A stretch of 64,000 nt of DNA, taken from the NCBI GenBank assembly GCA_030615175.1, contig JAUWZX010000002.1, positions 1 to 64,000 of the forward strand. The letters are read 5' to 3'. The position numbers and the translations under genes are program-made. The notes below the pieces were generated by a model. It was not told the origin of the DNA. It searched no databases and was given only the letters and a program-made list of their open reading frames with translations. Of the stretch, positions 27,784-38,023 are shown piece by piece. How positions within the stretch are numbered: the first letter of the stretch is position 1; every line of letters begins with the position of its first letter. Source of the DNA: Candidatus Parvarchaeota archaeon. GTDB lineage: Archaea; Nanobdellota; Nanobdellia; WJKC01.

Positions 27784-28626
27784 TTGACAGTAATGACTAC
27801 CAATGAGACAAGCCTTGGAGTAAACTTCTTTGAAGAATTCTTTATTAAACCAATAATTGAACGCACAGGATATAATATTATTAACACAATTACTTACGGA
27901 ATCCTACTAATCATAGGCGCTTACGTGCTCTTCAAGTTCTTCAAGAAATTAAAGTTAAGAATTGACTTTAAATTATTCATAATTAACCTACCATTCATCC
28001 TGCTCGTCGCTGTCTGGCGAAGCCTGACTGACGCTGGAGTCTACCCTTATCACTTCTTAACAACCACTCCCGGACTCTACGTGCCAGTATTATTGCTCTT
28101 CTTCTCATTAACGTTGCTAGCAGTAAGGTTAGATAGAAAGTATAAAATTCCTTACTGGAAAGTGTTCGCTGGCGTGAGCACTGCATTACTAATCACTCAA
28201 TTAACCCTCATCAGGGTGAAAATGCCTGAAGCCATTAGCTTGTACTTATTCTTCGCGTTAATAACGACTGCGCCGTTCATTGTCTTAAAAAGGTGGATTA
28301 AGCCTTTAAGGAATAATTTCAACCTGTCAATATTCATTGCTCACATGCTTGACGCTACAGCAACCCACGTGTCAATAACTTACTACGGCTACTTTGAGCA
28401 ACACGTGATTCCTAACCTATTCATATGGTTATTTGGAGGCAGCACCTGGGGATTCTACGCCCTGAAATTACTCGTGTTAATACCAATTATTTACTTCCTT
28501 GACGCGAACAAAGGCAGGAAGTCCGCAAGACAAGAGGAATTAATTAATTGGGTAAAAATCGTATTCATTGTTTACGGCATAGCCACTGGAATGCGGGGAC
28601 TACTTAGATTAATAATGAGTGCTTAA
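27784..28626 (+). CDS. DUF63-family multi-pass membrane protein
   Basis: GYNIINTITYG, AHMLDATAT, YFEQHVIPN, GMRGLLRL. Confidence 0.8.
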   Translation: MTVMTTNETSLGVNFFEEFFIKPIIERTGYNIINTITYGILLIIGAYVLFKFFKKLKLRIDFKLFIINLPFILLVAVWRSLTDAGVYPYHFLTTTPGLYVPVLLLFFSLTLLAVRLDRKYKIPYWKVFAGVSTALLITQLTLIRVKMPEAISLYLFFALITTAPFIVLKRWIKPLRNNFNLSIFIAHMLDATATHVSITYYGYFEQHVIPNLFIWLFGGSTWGFYALKLLVLIPIIYFLDANKGRKSARQEELINWVKIVFIVYGIATGMRGLLRLIMSA

Positions 28627-30483
28627 GAATTCATTAACCAGTCTTTCAGGCTTCTTGCTAACCTTTAAACGCCACTCAGGAGGAATAACTCTCAAGTAAT
28701 TCTTCCACAAGTAACGCTCATCCATTAACACTATTACTCCCTTATCACTCTCAGAGCGGATGCACCTGCCGGCTGACTGCACAACCCTGGTAAGCGCAGG
28801 GTAAAGATAACCATATTCCCAGCCCTTGCTGAACTTACTATCATAATAATTAATCAAGGCTTTAGAATAAAGGTTAGGCGGTTGGAGCGGGACGCCGACA
28901 ATTATAATGCACTCCAAACTCTTGCCAGGCAAGTCAACGCCTTCAGAGAAACTGCCTGCAACAACACCGCACAACACTGCACCACGGTCCTTATAATCCT
29001 TAAATGACTTAAGCAGCGCGTCCTTGCCCTCCTTGCTAAGCCCCTGCCGTTCAATGATTAACTCTCTTTCGCAAATATTATTAAAGTACTGCAAAACACT
29101 CGTCATGACCACGTAACTTGGGAAGAAAACAGCAGTGTTAGAGGAATTACCCTTAATTATTGAATTAATCCTCTCAGCAATTAATGAATAATTCTCCTCA
29201 CTCCGCTTAGAGTACCTCGTTGTCAAGCAAGGGTCAATAATTGTTAAGCGGTTATTAACAGGGAAAGGGTTTTGCAGTTCAAGAATCATTGGTTCACTAA
29301 CGCCCAGCAACTCCTGATACATTTCAATCGGCGTTAAAGTCCCACTCATGAGCACTGCTGACTTGCATTCAGTGAAGACTGGTTCAGAATAAACTGCCGG
29401 GTCAAGGCAGTGATAAGTTAGTTTAACGAATTCCTGCCCGCTCCTTGACTTCTCTGCTTTCATAATCCTCGCATGATTATCATTACTTCCCTGCCACGCG
29501 TTAAGGAATAATGCTATAGCATGAGTCCTGCTTCTCTTCTTATGCTTGCGAATAACTTCAGAAGCGCATAATAATTTAACAATTAATTCATCATAATCAT
29601 AATTAGCAGCACTAACTACTTTCCTAATAAAGGCATCGCGTTCAATAACGACTTCCTTCTCAGTCATGCCTAAATTAAATAATTCAAGAATCCCTGCAAC
29701 AGCATCAGCCTCTTCTTCAAAGCCGTGCTCGCGCAATTCCCTAATGCCTGCCTTTAATGAATAAGTGCTTAACTGATAAGTCATTAAATCCCTAATCCTT
29801 TGCGGCAGGTTATGCGCCTCATCAACAATAATGATTGACTTCTTCAATTCCTTACCCATCTTATTAAGGAATGAATTCCTAACAACATCATGAAATAAAT
29901 GATAATAATCACAAACAATGACCTTGCTTTTCCTGCCTGACTCTAAAGCCATCTCGTGAGGGCAGAGTTTAGCGCCAGCACACTCACTGATTAATTCATT
30001 AACGTGCATAGGGCCCTTGCCATTTAAGTAATCTAAAAAATCCTTCGCACTGCTTGTTAAATCAATTTTACGAGTGTTCTTGTAATAACTGCACTTATCA
30101 TCCTTCTTAAGGTCCCTGCAGAATTGAGTGAATTCACTTGATGATAACTCCCTGCTCGCTGGCGTAGGACACATCCATTTCTTACCAATCAAATCAGTTA
30201 CTTTAAAGTTAAGCTCATTCTTTTCCTTGATTAATTTAAGAGTGTCAATTATTAACCTGTGCTGGGCATACCTCGGCGTTAGGAAGAAAATAGTTGAATC
30301 AGACTCTAAAACATGCTTTAATGCAGGCGCTAAAACCGCCACTGTCTTGCCAAGCCCTGTAGGCGCGTGAGCAATCAAGACTTTACCTGCATCAACAGCA
30401 TTTAACACTCCGTGAATTAACCTGTCCTGAAACTTGCGAACCTTCTTGAAAGGGAAGTAAACACTACTATAATCAAAACTCAT
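28609..30483 (-). CDS. xpd: XPD/Rad3-family Fe-S DNA helicase
   Basis: APTGLGKT, four-Cys cluster, DEAHN, SGTL, SEGVD, QSAGRCIR. Confidence 0.92.
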   Translation of the reverse strand: MSFDYSSVYFPFKKVRKFQDRLIHGVLNAVDAGKVLIAHAPTGLGKTVAVLAPALKHVLESDSTIFFLTPRYAQHRLIIDTLKLIKEKNELNFKVTDLIGKKWMCPTPASRELSSSEFTQFCRDLKKDDKCSYYKNTRKIDLTSSAKDFLDYLNGKGPMHVNELISECAGAKLCPHEMALESGRKSKVIVCDYYHLFHDVVRNSFLNKMGKELKKSIIIVDEAHNLPQRIRDLMTYQLSTYSLKAGIRELREHGFEEEADAVAGILELFNLGMTEKEVVIERDAFIRKVVSAANYDYDELIVKLLCASEVIRKHKKRSRTHAIALFLNAWQGSNDNHARIMKAEKSRSGQEFVKLTYHCLDPAVYSEPVFTECKSAVLMSGTLTPIEMYQELLGVSEPMILELQNPFPVNNRLTIIDPCLTTRYSKRSEENYSLIAERINSIIKGNSSNTAVFFPSYVVMTSVLQYFNNICERELIIERQGLSKEGKDALLKSFKDYKDRGAVLCGVVAGSFSEGVDLPGKSLECIIIVGVPLQPPNLYSKALINYYDSKFSKGWEYGYLYPALTRVVQSAGRCIRSESDKGVIVLMDERYLWKNYLRVIPPEWRLKVSKKPERLVNEFLSTHY

Positions 30484-30530
30484 AAAGAATAATAGAATAA
30501 TGACTTTATTAAAAAGACTTATGTATTCTT

Positions 30531-32153
30531 TTACATCATTCCAGGCATTCCGCCCATTCCAGGCATTGGAGGACCTCCTCCATCCTTTAATTTGCCAGCC
30601 GCAATAACGTCATCAATTCTGAGAATCATTTGAGCAACTTCAGAAGCACTAGTGATTGCCTGAGTCTTAACCCTTAAAGGCTCAACAACTCCCTGCGCTA
30701 GCATGTCCTCAACACCTCCCTTGAAAACGTTAACGCCAGCCCAAACCTTGCCAGCATCATGAGCAGCTTTCATGCCAACAATGATGTCAATAGGGTCAAG
30801 ACCTGCATTCTCAGCAAGAGTTCTTGGAATAATCTCCAAAGCCTCAGCAAAAGCCCTGACAGCCAACTGCTCCCTGCCAGAAAGTTTCTCAGCATACTTA
30901 TTAATCTGATTTGTTAATTCCATTTCAGGAGCGCCTCCTCCAGCAACGATTAAGCCATCCTCAATCGCAGCCTTCAAGACTCCAAGAGCATCCTTAACCG
31001 CGCGCTCAGCCTCATCAATAACGTGCTCAGTTCCACCCCTGATTAACAAACTAACTGCCTTAGGGTTACTGCAGTCGCGGACGAACACCATGTCATCATT
31101 ACCAATCTTTAACTCCTCAACAACCTTAGCCTTACCTAAATCCTTCCTGCTTAAATCATCAAGTGATTTAACAACTCTGCCTCCAGTAGCCCTTGCAAGC
31201 TTCTCTATATCACTTGAACTAATATTCTTAATAGTGAATATATTACTCTTAGTTAAGAAGTGCTGCGCCAAATCATCAATGCCTTTCTGGCATAATAAGA
31301 CATTAGCACCTGAAGCAATAACTTTCTGAACCATTTTCTTAAGCATTTTCTCCTCCTGATCAAGGAATGACTGCAACTGCTCAGGGCTTGAAATAGTAAT
31401 TTTAGCATCAGTCTCAGTCTTCTCAACTTCAAAGGACTGAGCAACTAATGCAATCCTGGCAGCCTCAACTTTCTTAGGCATTGCCGGTGAAACCCTCTCC
31501 TTGTCAATGATAATGCCTAAAATAAGTTCTGAATCGTCAACGCTCTTACCAACCTTCTTCTGTATCTTAATATTATCAGAGTCAAAAGTCCCGTTCTCAG
31601 TTACTTTCTGCACTGCCTCAACAATCTTCTTAATAAAGGATTCAGCCTCTCCTGGAGCCTTAGTGCTAACACTAGTCCTCACTAACTGAATAAGCATTTT
31701 AGTATCATTAGGGTTTATCTTAATAGCAATCTTTGACAGTACTTCATCAGCCTTCTCTGCAGCAATCATGTAACCCTTGGTAATAACTGTTGAGTGAACA
31801 TTCTGCTCTAATAACTGCTCAGCCTTCTTTAATAATTCTCCTGCAATAACTACTGCAGTTGTTGTGCCATCACCAACCTCTTCCTCCTGCGTCTTAGCTA
31901 TCTCCACCATCATCTTCGCTGCAGGATGCTCAATCTCCATTTCCTCAAGAATTGTGACGCCGTCATTAGTTATTACAACGTCGCCCATAGCATCCACAAG
32001 CATTTTATCCATACCCTTAGGACCAAGCGTTGTCCTAACAGTCTCAGCAACTAGTTTAGCAGCCATAATATTATTACTCTGAGCATCCCTCTTCTGAGTT
32101 CTGGTATAACCCTCAGGTAATATGAATACTTGCTGCGGTTTAACATTAGTCAT
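30531..32153 (-). CDS. ths: Thermosome (group II chaperonin) subunit
   Basis: [26 protein letters not shown]-rich tail. Confidence 0.98.
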   Translation of the reverse strand: MTNVKPQQVFILPEGYTRTQKRDAQSNNIMAAKLVAETVRTTLGPKGMDKMLVDAMGDVVITNDGVTILEEMEIEHPAAKMMVEIAKTQEEEVGDGTTTAVVIAGELLKKAEQLLEQNVHSTVITKGYMIAAEKADEVLSKIAIKINPNDTKMLIQLVRTSVSTKAPGEAESFIKKIVEAVQKVTENGTFDSDNIKIQKKVGKSVDDSELILGIIIDKERVSPAMPKKVEAARIALVAQSFEVEKTETDAKITISSPEQLQSFLDQEEKMLKKMVQKVIASGANVLLCQKGIDDLAQHFLTKSNIFTIKNISSSDIEKLARATGGRVVKSLDDLSRKDLGKAKVVEELKIGNDDMVFVRDCSNPKAVSLLIRGGTEHVIDEAERAVKDALGVLKAAIEDGLIVAGGGAPEMELTNQINKYAEKLSGREQLAVRAFAEALEIIPRTLAENAGLDPIDIIVGMKAAHDAGKVWAGVNVFKGGVEDMLAQGVVEPLRVKTQAITSASEVAQMILRIDDVIAAGKLKDGGGPPMPGMGGMPGMM

Positions 32154-32198
32154 TTAATAAATCACCTCTATTGAATTATGAATACATCACTGTCCTAT

Positions 32199-32660
32199 TT
32201 AAAAATTTTTTGGATAAAAATTGTGCCTTGTATGATAATTGAATGCCCTGTTTTTCAAATCCAATAACTCCCTCTCAACTGTTTCATCCTTAACCAATTC
32301 ATCTCCTAAACGCTTGTAAGCACTTATTAATTCATTATATTTTTCGAAATCCGTTTCAACTACCATCTCCTGTCTTAAATTCTTTAAAGTATCATAAATT
32401 TCAGGATTAATTTTTAATTCAAAAAAATCATCACCCTTTACTAACAGGTAATCACCATTTTCAACATACTTCTTTATTATTGAATAACCCTTCATAGCAT
32501 CTTTCATGTCTCCATCCTTTGTTTCATAAATAATGTTAGTAATCTTGCGCCCTCCAAGACTCATGGTTGCAGTAATAATCTTGCTTATGTAATTCTCTAA
32601 TCTCAAAGTAAAATCATTAAATTCATCTTCTTCAAATACTATTCCTTCAACTTGCGGCAT
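32199..32660 (-). CDS. Hypothetical protein
   Basis: 153-aa ORF. Confidence 0.6.
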   Translation of the reverse strand: MPQVEGIVFEEDEFNDFTLRLENYISKIITATMSLGGRKITNIIYETKDGDMKDAMKGYSIIKKYVENGDYLLVKGDDFFELKINPEIYDTLKNLRQEMVVETDFEKYNELISAYKRLGDELVKDETVERELLDLKNRAFNYHTRHNFYPKNF

Positions 32661-32750
32661 TGAGATAAGCCATGCAATTTTTCATTTAAAAACATTTCGT
32701 TTCTTTTAACAGTAATCTTTATTATTAACACGCTCATTAAATCAATTCTA

Positions 32751-33275
32751 ATGAAGTGCCCTTCTTGCAGTGAACGGACTGGCAAGGACTGGAAGTACTG
32801 TCCTTACTGTGGTTACACGCTTCCAAGAGAACCGCGATTCAAGGACTTAATGAACAATAATGTGATGAGAGAATTAAGACGCATTTTCAGAGGTCTTGGC
32901 ATGACAGCAAAACATGAACAATCAAAAGAGCATTTTATAATCAGGATTAAAACTAATACAGGTCCTGACATCAAATTCGAATCAGGCAAGGGGATAACTC
33001 ATGAATCATCTTCAAAATTCTTAAAAATGCCTGAAGACCTTATAGAACCGGAAGTTGAAGTTAAACAATTCCTTAATGAAATGACAATAAAGGCAGAACT
33101 GCCAGGAGTTAAGAAACTTGATAATGTATTACTCAAGAGGGTTGGCGAATCAATAGAGATAAGGGCGGTGGCTAAGAAAAAAGGATACTTCAGGGTACTG
33201 CACGTGCCAAAGGAATTCATGCTTGAAAGCAAAAAACTTAATAAAGGATTACTAGAATTAAAACTTAGGGTGTGA
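32751..33275 (+). CDS. Zinc-ribbon plus Hsp20-like domain protein
   Basis: CPSC...CPYCG; EPE...ELPGVK...IEIRA...GLLELK. Confidence 0.75.
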   Translation: MKCPSCSERTGKDWKYCPYCGYTLPREPRFKDLMNNNVMRELRRIFRGLGMTAKHEQSKEHFIIRIKTNTGPDIKFESGKGITHESSSKFLKMPEDLIEPEVEVKQFLNEMTIKAELPGVKKLDNVLLKRVGESIEIRAVAKKKGYFRVLHVPKEFMLESKKLNKGLLELKLRV

Positions 33276-33283
33276 ATTAATAA

Positions 33284-33604
33284 ATGATGATTAACCCTGG
33301 CATGATGAAGAAATTAATGAAGCAATTAAACATGAAGGAAATTGAAGCAACTGAAGTTATAATCAAAACTCCTGAAAAAAATATAGTGATTAAGAACCCT
33401 GCAGTTCAGCAAATGAAGATGAGCGGTCAAGACGTCTTTCAAGTAAGCGGTGAAGTCATTGAAGAGGAAGAGGGCGTAATTGAAGTAAGTGAAGAAGATA
33501 TTAAATTAATAATGGAAAAAACAGGCAAGTCAAGGAACAAAGTAATGGACGCGCTTGCAGAAACTGAAGGCGACATTGCAGGGGCAATACTGAAACTAAG
33601 TTAA
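33284..33604 (+). CDS. nac: Nascent polypeptide-associated complex protein
   Basis: EVIIKT...NPAV...FQVSG; UBA-like EDIKLIM...GDIAGAIL. Confidence 0.93.
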   Translation: MMINPGMMKKLMKQLNMKEIEATEVIIKTPEKNIVIKNPAVQQMKMSGQDVFQVSGEVIEEEEGVIEVSEEDIKLIMEKTGKSRNKVMDALAETEGDIAGAILKLS

Positions 33605-33611
33605 TGTTAAA

Positions 33612-35180
33612 TTAATCCTTCTTAATTAATAATTCAAGCATGCTGGCGTAAGCTGGGCGCGTAATGGTAACGCCAATAACTGAACCAATCATTGTTGTAA
33701 GAGCAAACCCTCTCAGTAATCCGCCGCCAGCAGCGAGCAATGGAATCATGCTCGCGAAGATAGCAGCAAAAGAAGCAAAAATTACGAAGAAAGCATTCTT
33801 TAATCTTCGTTTAAAACTCTTAATGACCTCACCCCTCTCCCTTCTCAACACTTCATCAGTAATGATTATCTGATCATTCAGTCCAATGCCAACAGCAGCC
33901 ATAATGCCTGCAATAGAGGCAAGGTCAAGAGTCCAGTTAATAAGAGCTGCAATCCCTAAAGTACTGATTATTTCAACAAGAATTACAATAATGATTGGCA
34001 GCACAATCTTATAATTCCTGTAACGCAATCCAATGATTAAGTCAACAATGATTAATGCAATGATGAATACAATGAATATGTTGGCTGCGAATTCCCTCCC
34101 AAGAGCAGGGCTTAAAGTTTCAACGCTTACAATATCAAGTTTTACTGGAAGCCTCCTTGACTGAAGTATTGCCTGAAGTTTTCTCATCTCATTCTGCGCT
34201 TCAACCTTTGACAGCCTCATGCCAATAATGGTTGCCTGAGTTAATACTTGACCCTGAATGCTCGTTGGAATCCTTAAATCGCCATCCTCAATTAACTGCT
34301 TGTCAAGGTATAAGCTAAGAGTATCATTTAAATAACAGCCCTCAGAACCGCACTCACCAACTTCTAATCCGCGAGTAACGTTAGCAAAACGCTCAGCACC
34401 AACCGCGTTAATATCAACCTGGAAACTGAAACGCCAAGCAATCTGCCCTCCCTCACCCTCGCCAACGTAAACAGGCTGCAATCCAACATGACACTGAACT
34501 CCTGAAATGCATACTGATAATATATCATCACCAGTGAATACAGTGATATTCCCGACCCTGCCTTCAAAATCACCTTCCTTTTCTAAAAGAGTCTTAACAT
34601 CATCCTCCGTAGCGCCAGCGAACTCAATCCTAATGTATTGAGTGCCTGACAAGTCAGTCACGAAACTGACAGGCACTTCCTTTAAACCGAATAAGTTAAG
34701 CCTCTGCCTTAAAACTTCAAGAATATTCTCAATCTCAGCGCTGTCAAGAGTCTTATTAGGTATTAATAAAACTTTAGTGCCTCCTTCAATTTCCAAGCCG
34801 AAATGAAGATTTGAAGTCTTAACAGGTCCAACGCTTAAGCCAAGATAAGTTTCATTATCACGTTCGCCTGCAATGAAGGGGTAAGCATCCTCCTCAACGT
34901 AAATGTAAGGGAATTTTTCAGTCTTATAAGAAAGCTTGACTAAATCACCAGTCCTGTACTGCTTAATTAATTCATTATACTCAGCTAAGTCACTAACAGG
35001 GCTACCATTAACTTTAGTGATTACGTAACCAGTCCTTAAACCCTGACTTGCCGGTGCCCTAACGCCTTCAACAAGGACTCCAGGCACTCCTTTGAACGGA
35101 TGAATGGCAAGTATTGACACAATTATTAAGATTATGAATAATAAAATCTTCCACTCCTCAAGCAGTCTAACTAATTTCAT
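33612..35180 (-). CDS. secD: Protein translocase subunit SecD with PDZ-like N-terminal domain
   Basis: FGLEIEGGT, RLNLFGL, LDLASIAG, DQIIITDE, GFALTT; start set at MKLVR. Confidence 0.9.
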   Translation of the reverse strand: MKLVRLLEEWKILLFIILIIVSILAIHPFKGVPGVLVEGVRAPASQGLRTGYVITKVNGSPVSDLAEYNELIKQYRTGDLVKLSYKTEKFPYIYVEEDAYPFIAGERDNETYLGLSVGPVKTSNLHFGLEIEGGTKVLLIPNKTLDSAEIENILEVLRQRLNLFGLKEVPVSFVTDLSGTQYIRIEFAGATEDDVKTLLEKEGDFEGRVGNITVFTGDDILSVCISGVQCHVGLQPVYVGEGEGGQIAWRFSFQVDINAVGAERFANVTRGLEVGECGSEGCYLNDTLSLYLDKQLIEDGDLRIPTSIQGQVLTQATIIGMRLSKVEAQNEMRKLQAILQSRRLPVKLDIVSVETLSPALGREFAANIFIVFIIALIIVDLIIGLRYRNYKIVLPIIIVILVEIISTLGIAALINWTLDLASIAGIMAAVGIGLNDQIIITDEVLRRERGEVIKSFKRRLKNAFFVIFASFAAIFASMIPLLAAGGGLLRGFALTTMIGSVIGVTITRPAYASMLELLIKKD

Positions 35181-35247
35181 TAGCCCTTCCTCTCCCTCAG
35201 GGGGCAAGCCCCCTTGAGCAACCCCCAAAAATACATTACTAAACCCA

Positions 35248-36132
35248 TTAACTCTTCCTCTCCAAGTAAATCCTTTGCAGTCCAGCACTCAAGATATAAG
35301 TATTAATTACATCACTAAATGAACCAATAAGAAGGACTAATGCAATGCTCCTAATTAATTCAATATTAGTTAATAAAAACATGACAGAGTAAGTCGTTAT
35401 TGCTGCAAGACTCATTGTTGCCTCAGTCTTTAAAGACATCTTAAGCCGGTCAATTACCGAGCCGTCCCTGCGCTTAATAATATTACTCGCAAGTAATATA
35501 TCACTATCAGTTGAATAAGCAATAATCATTAGTAGCGCGCCAATACTAGCAACACTTAAACTGGCGCCTAATAAGTTAAGCACGGCAATAATGTTAACAA
35601 CATCAGCAATTGTTGAAATGATTATTGAAAAACTCGGCAGAGGATTCCTGAAATAATAAAAAACAACGAACGACATCAAGATGAATGATATTAAAATTAT
35701 TATTAATGAATCAGTAAAGAAGTTTGAAGCAATCACTGCTGACTGCATGCCAATATTAAAGTTCTCGCTAGTTAATTCAATACTTAACTTGCCTCCTAAG
35801 ACGCTCACTGCTTCATCCCTGCTTAACTCAAGCGAAGTGCGGAACTCATAACCAATCACGTGTCCAGTTAAAGGATTAATTAAGTGAATAATGCTTGAAT
35901 CAGTACTCCAGACGTCAGCAGCCCAATCCATTAATTCATCCAAATCATAATGATTACTTGTGTAAACAGTCATGCTAGTACCGCCCTTCAAACTAATATC
36001 CTTACTGAAGAATTCGCCAGTCGTTGCCTTAGTGTAAATTATAACGCTAACTGAGAAAACAAGGATTAACACAGGAATAATCATTAACTTCTTATAGTCT
36101 TTTTCATAAAGTCTTAAAAGCCTTGTGAACAT
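35248..36132 (-). CDS. secF: Protein translocase subunit SecF
   Basis: DISLKGGT, IAYSTDSDILL, six TM segments, adjacent to secD. Confidence 0.9.
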   Translation of the reverse strand: MFTRLLRLYEKDYKKLMIIPVLILVFSVSVIIYTKATTGEFFSKDISLKGGTSMTVYTSNHYDLDELMDWAADVWSTDSSIIHLINPLTGHVIGYEFRTSLELSRDEAVSVLGGKLSIELTSENFNIGMQSAVIASNFFTDSLIIILISFILMSFVVFYYFRNPLPSFSIIISTIADVVNIIAVLNLLGASLSVASIGALLMIIAYSTDSDILLASNIIKRRDGSVIDRLKMSLKTEATMSLAAITTYSVMFLLTNIELIRSIALVLLIGSFSDVINTYILSAGLQRIYLERKS

Positions 36133-36275
36133 GAATACTAACACAAAATAATAAATATGATTATAAAGTTTTTTATAAATGAAAACTGGAGTGATAGTCT
36201 AACCAACATGACATAATATTATTAAAACAGAAATACTTTTCTTTTGGTTAAGCTTTTCTTTTTAAGAAAAGGTTA

Positions 36276-36388
36276 GGGGCGGTAGTCTAGCTTGGTCAGG
36301 ACCCAGCGTTCGGGACGCTGAAACCGGAGTTCAAATACGCGTAAGTGGACTTCAAACCGTTTACTGGTTGAATGTCTCCGCCGCCTCA
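36276..36388 (+). tRNA. tRNA-Pro(CGG) with a 39-nt intron at T-loop position 59/60 (36336-36374)
   Basis: GGGGCGG/CCGCCTC acceptor; CAGCG-TTCGGGA-CGCTG; BHB with TTCA/TGAA helix and AAT, TGT bulges; splicing restores TTCAAAT. Confidence 0.9.
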
Positions 36389-36438
36389 TTTTTTTATGAT
36401 TTAAAGGGGGGTGGGTATGCTCTAGGGAGGCTGAAAAC

Positions 36439-36451
36439 CTCCGCCGCCTCA
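36439..36451 (+). repeat. Duplicate of tRNA-Pro 3' end
   Basis: CTCCGCCGCCTCA, identical to 36376-36388. Confidence 0.9.
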
Positions 36452-36499
36452 CTCTCGAAAAATTTATAAGTTAAAGAATGGGAAAAACAAGTAGGTATC

Positions 36500-37984
36500 A
36501 TGAACTCTAGTAACGCGGCGAGAATAATAATTATGTCAGTAATACTTACAGTAATCATTAACACCGCGTTTTCTTCTTATTCAGTAGCAATGTGGGTAGT
36601 GCCTGACTCAGTTAATGTAACAGTATATTACTCAGGGAGCCTTCCAGACACTCATGATGATGAAAAATGCCTTGAAACCAATACCAGTGGCGGAGATCTG
36701 GTATTAGACTTTCCAGGTAACTGCGCGAAGCAACTGCCAGACTGCTTTGAATTAGGATTCCGGTTAATACTAAGCGCTAATGGTTATAATGACGAAAGTT
36801 ACATTCTAAGCCCTGAAAAACCCTCTTTATCAATAGGCACCACTGAGAATAGACACAAAATGCAATTAACCATTGAATTATTATTTCCAGTAGTTGAATT
36901 AATATGGACTGAACCTGAACACCCAAGCACTGATGACAACATCACTGTTTACGCAAGAGCCACTGACGAGGAAACAGGAAGGGATGATATCACCAACTGC
37001 TTATTAAGAATTGACGGCAAACCAGCAGGTTATATGGAAAGCACTTATGACTCATTTAACATAACTGCTCACAAGTTAATAGGCGCGCTGAGCGCCGGCG
37101 CTCACAGCATAGGCGTTGCATGCAAGGACGATGTCAGCGGGTGGGGCGTCCGTTACATAGAGTCATTCACTGTAACGCAGGCAGAAGAGGAAGAAGAAGA
37201 CCCCGAAGACCCCGAAGATCCTGAAGACCCTGAAGAACCGGAAATTGAAGTAAGCGATCAAGTAATCCAGTTAAGAAGATATAACGAATTAATGAATAAA
37301 ATTGAAATCCTATCATTACTCGGCGACAACTACCCTGAAGCCCGCAGCAAGTTAATAGAAGCAGGTGAGAAAATAATTAATGACTTCAACGCTGAATCAT
37401 TATTAAATGAAGTTGAAGAAGAACTGCCGGGAATAATCATTGAAGGCGAGGGCGAACTGGCAGTTAAGCCAGTCACTAATAAACAGGACTTTATCAAGAA
37501 AGTAATTGATTACGAGAACATTCCTCAAGAAATTACAGAAGTAAAATCACTAATCAGAAGCGAAGGCTTAAGTTATGAGAAAAATTTCACATGGTTCACC
37601 ATTAATGATGAAGATAAGTCATTAATAACCCTCAAAGTACTCAGTAAATACTCAAGACCTGACTACATTGTCATTGACGTGCTTAACCATCACAGCATTG
37701 AAGCAGTTCAAACAATTCACTATGATGGGAAAAGCATGACTTACTGGAAAGGACTTAAACAAGGAGTGAACGAGTTCCAGTACATAACAGACGGGTTTGT
37801 TAATGAAGGGTTTGAAACAATAATCTTTGAATTCCCAGAGATTCCAGAAACAAACTTCATCCTTGAAGGGATTACGGGCGCGGCAGCAGCAATAAGCAAA
37901 CTTGACTGGTCATGGATGATTATTTTACTAATGGGCGGCGCGCTTGGATTAGTAATCGGGAAATTAATGCTTATGCGAAAATGA
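36500..37984 (+). CDS. Cell-surface protein with Ig-like domain, acidic (EDP)4 linker and C-terminal TM anchor
   Basis: Signal peptide, beta-rich domain, EEEEEDPEDPEDPEDPEEPE, C-terminal hydrophobic helix. Confidence 0.75.
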   Translation: MNSSNAARIIIMSVILTVIINTAFSSYSVAMWVVPDSVNVTVYYSGSLPDTHDDEKCLETNTSGGDLVLDFPGNCAKQLPDCFELGFRLILSANGYNDESYILSPEKPSLSIGTTENRHKMQLTIELLFPVVELIWTEPEHPSTDDNITVYARATDEETGRDDITNCLLRIDGKPAGYMESTYDSFNITAHKLIGALSAGAHSIGVACKDDVSGWGVRYIESFTVTQAEEEEEDPEDPEDPEDPEEPEIEVSDQVIQLRRYNELMNKIEILSLLGDNYPEARSKLIEAGEKIINDFNAESLLNEVEEELPGIIIEGEGELAVKPVTNKQDFIKKVIDYENIPQEITEVKSLIRSEGLSYEKNFTWFTINDEDKSLITLKVLSKYSRPDYIVIDVLNHHSIEAVQTIHYDGKSMTYWKGLKQGVNEFQYITDGFVNEGFETIIFEFPEIPETNFILEGITGAAAAISKLDWSWMIILLMGGALGLVIGKLMLMRK

Positions 37985-38023
37985 GAAGTTTTTAATAAGT
38001 AAAAAGACTTAAATTTAATTGTT

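Noticed and set aside
37186..37240. 9-bp tandem repeat as a regulatory VNTR
   Set aside because: It is an in-frame (EDP)n linker with synonymous variation.
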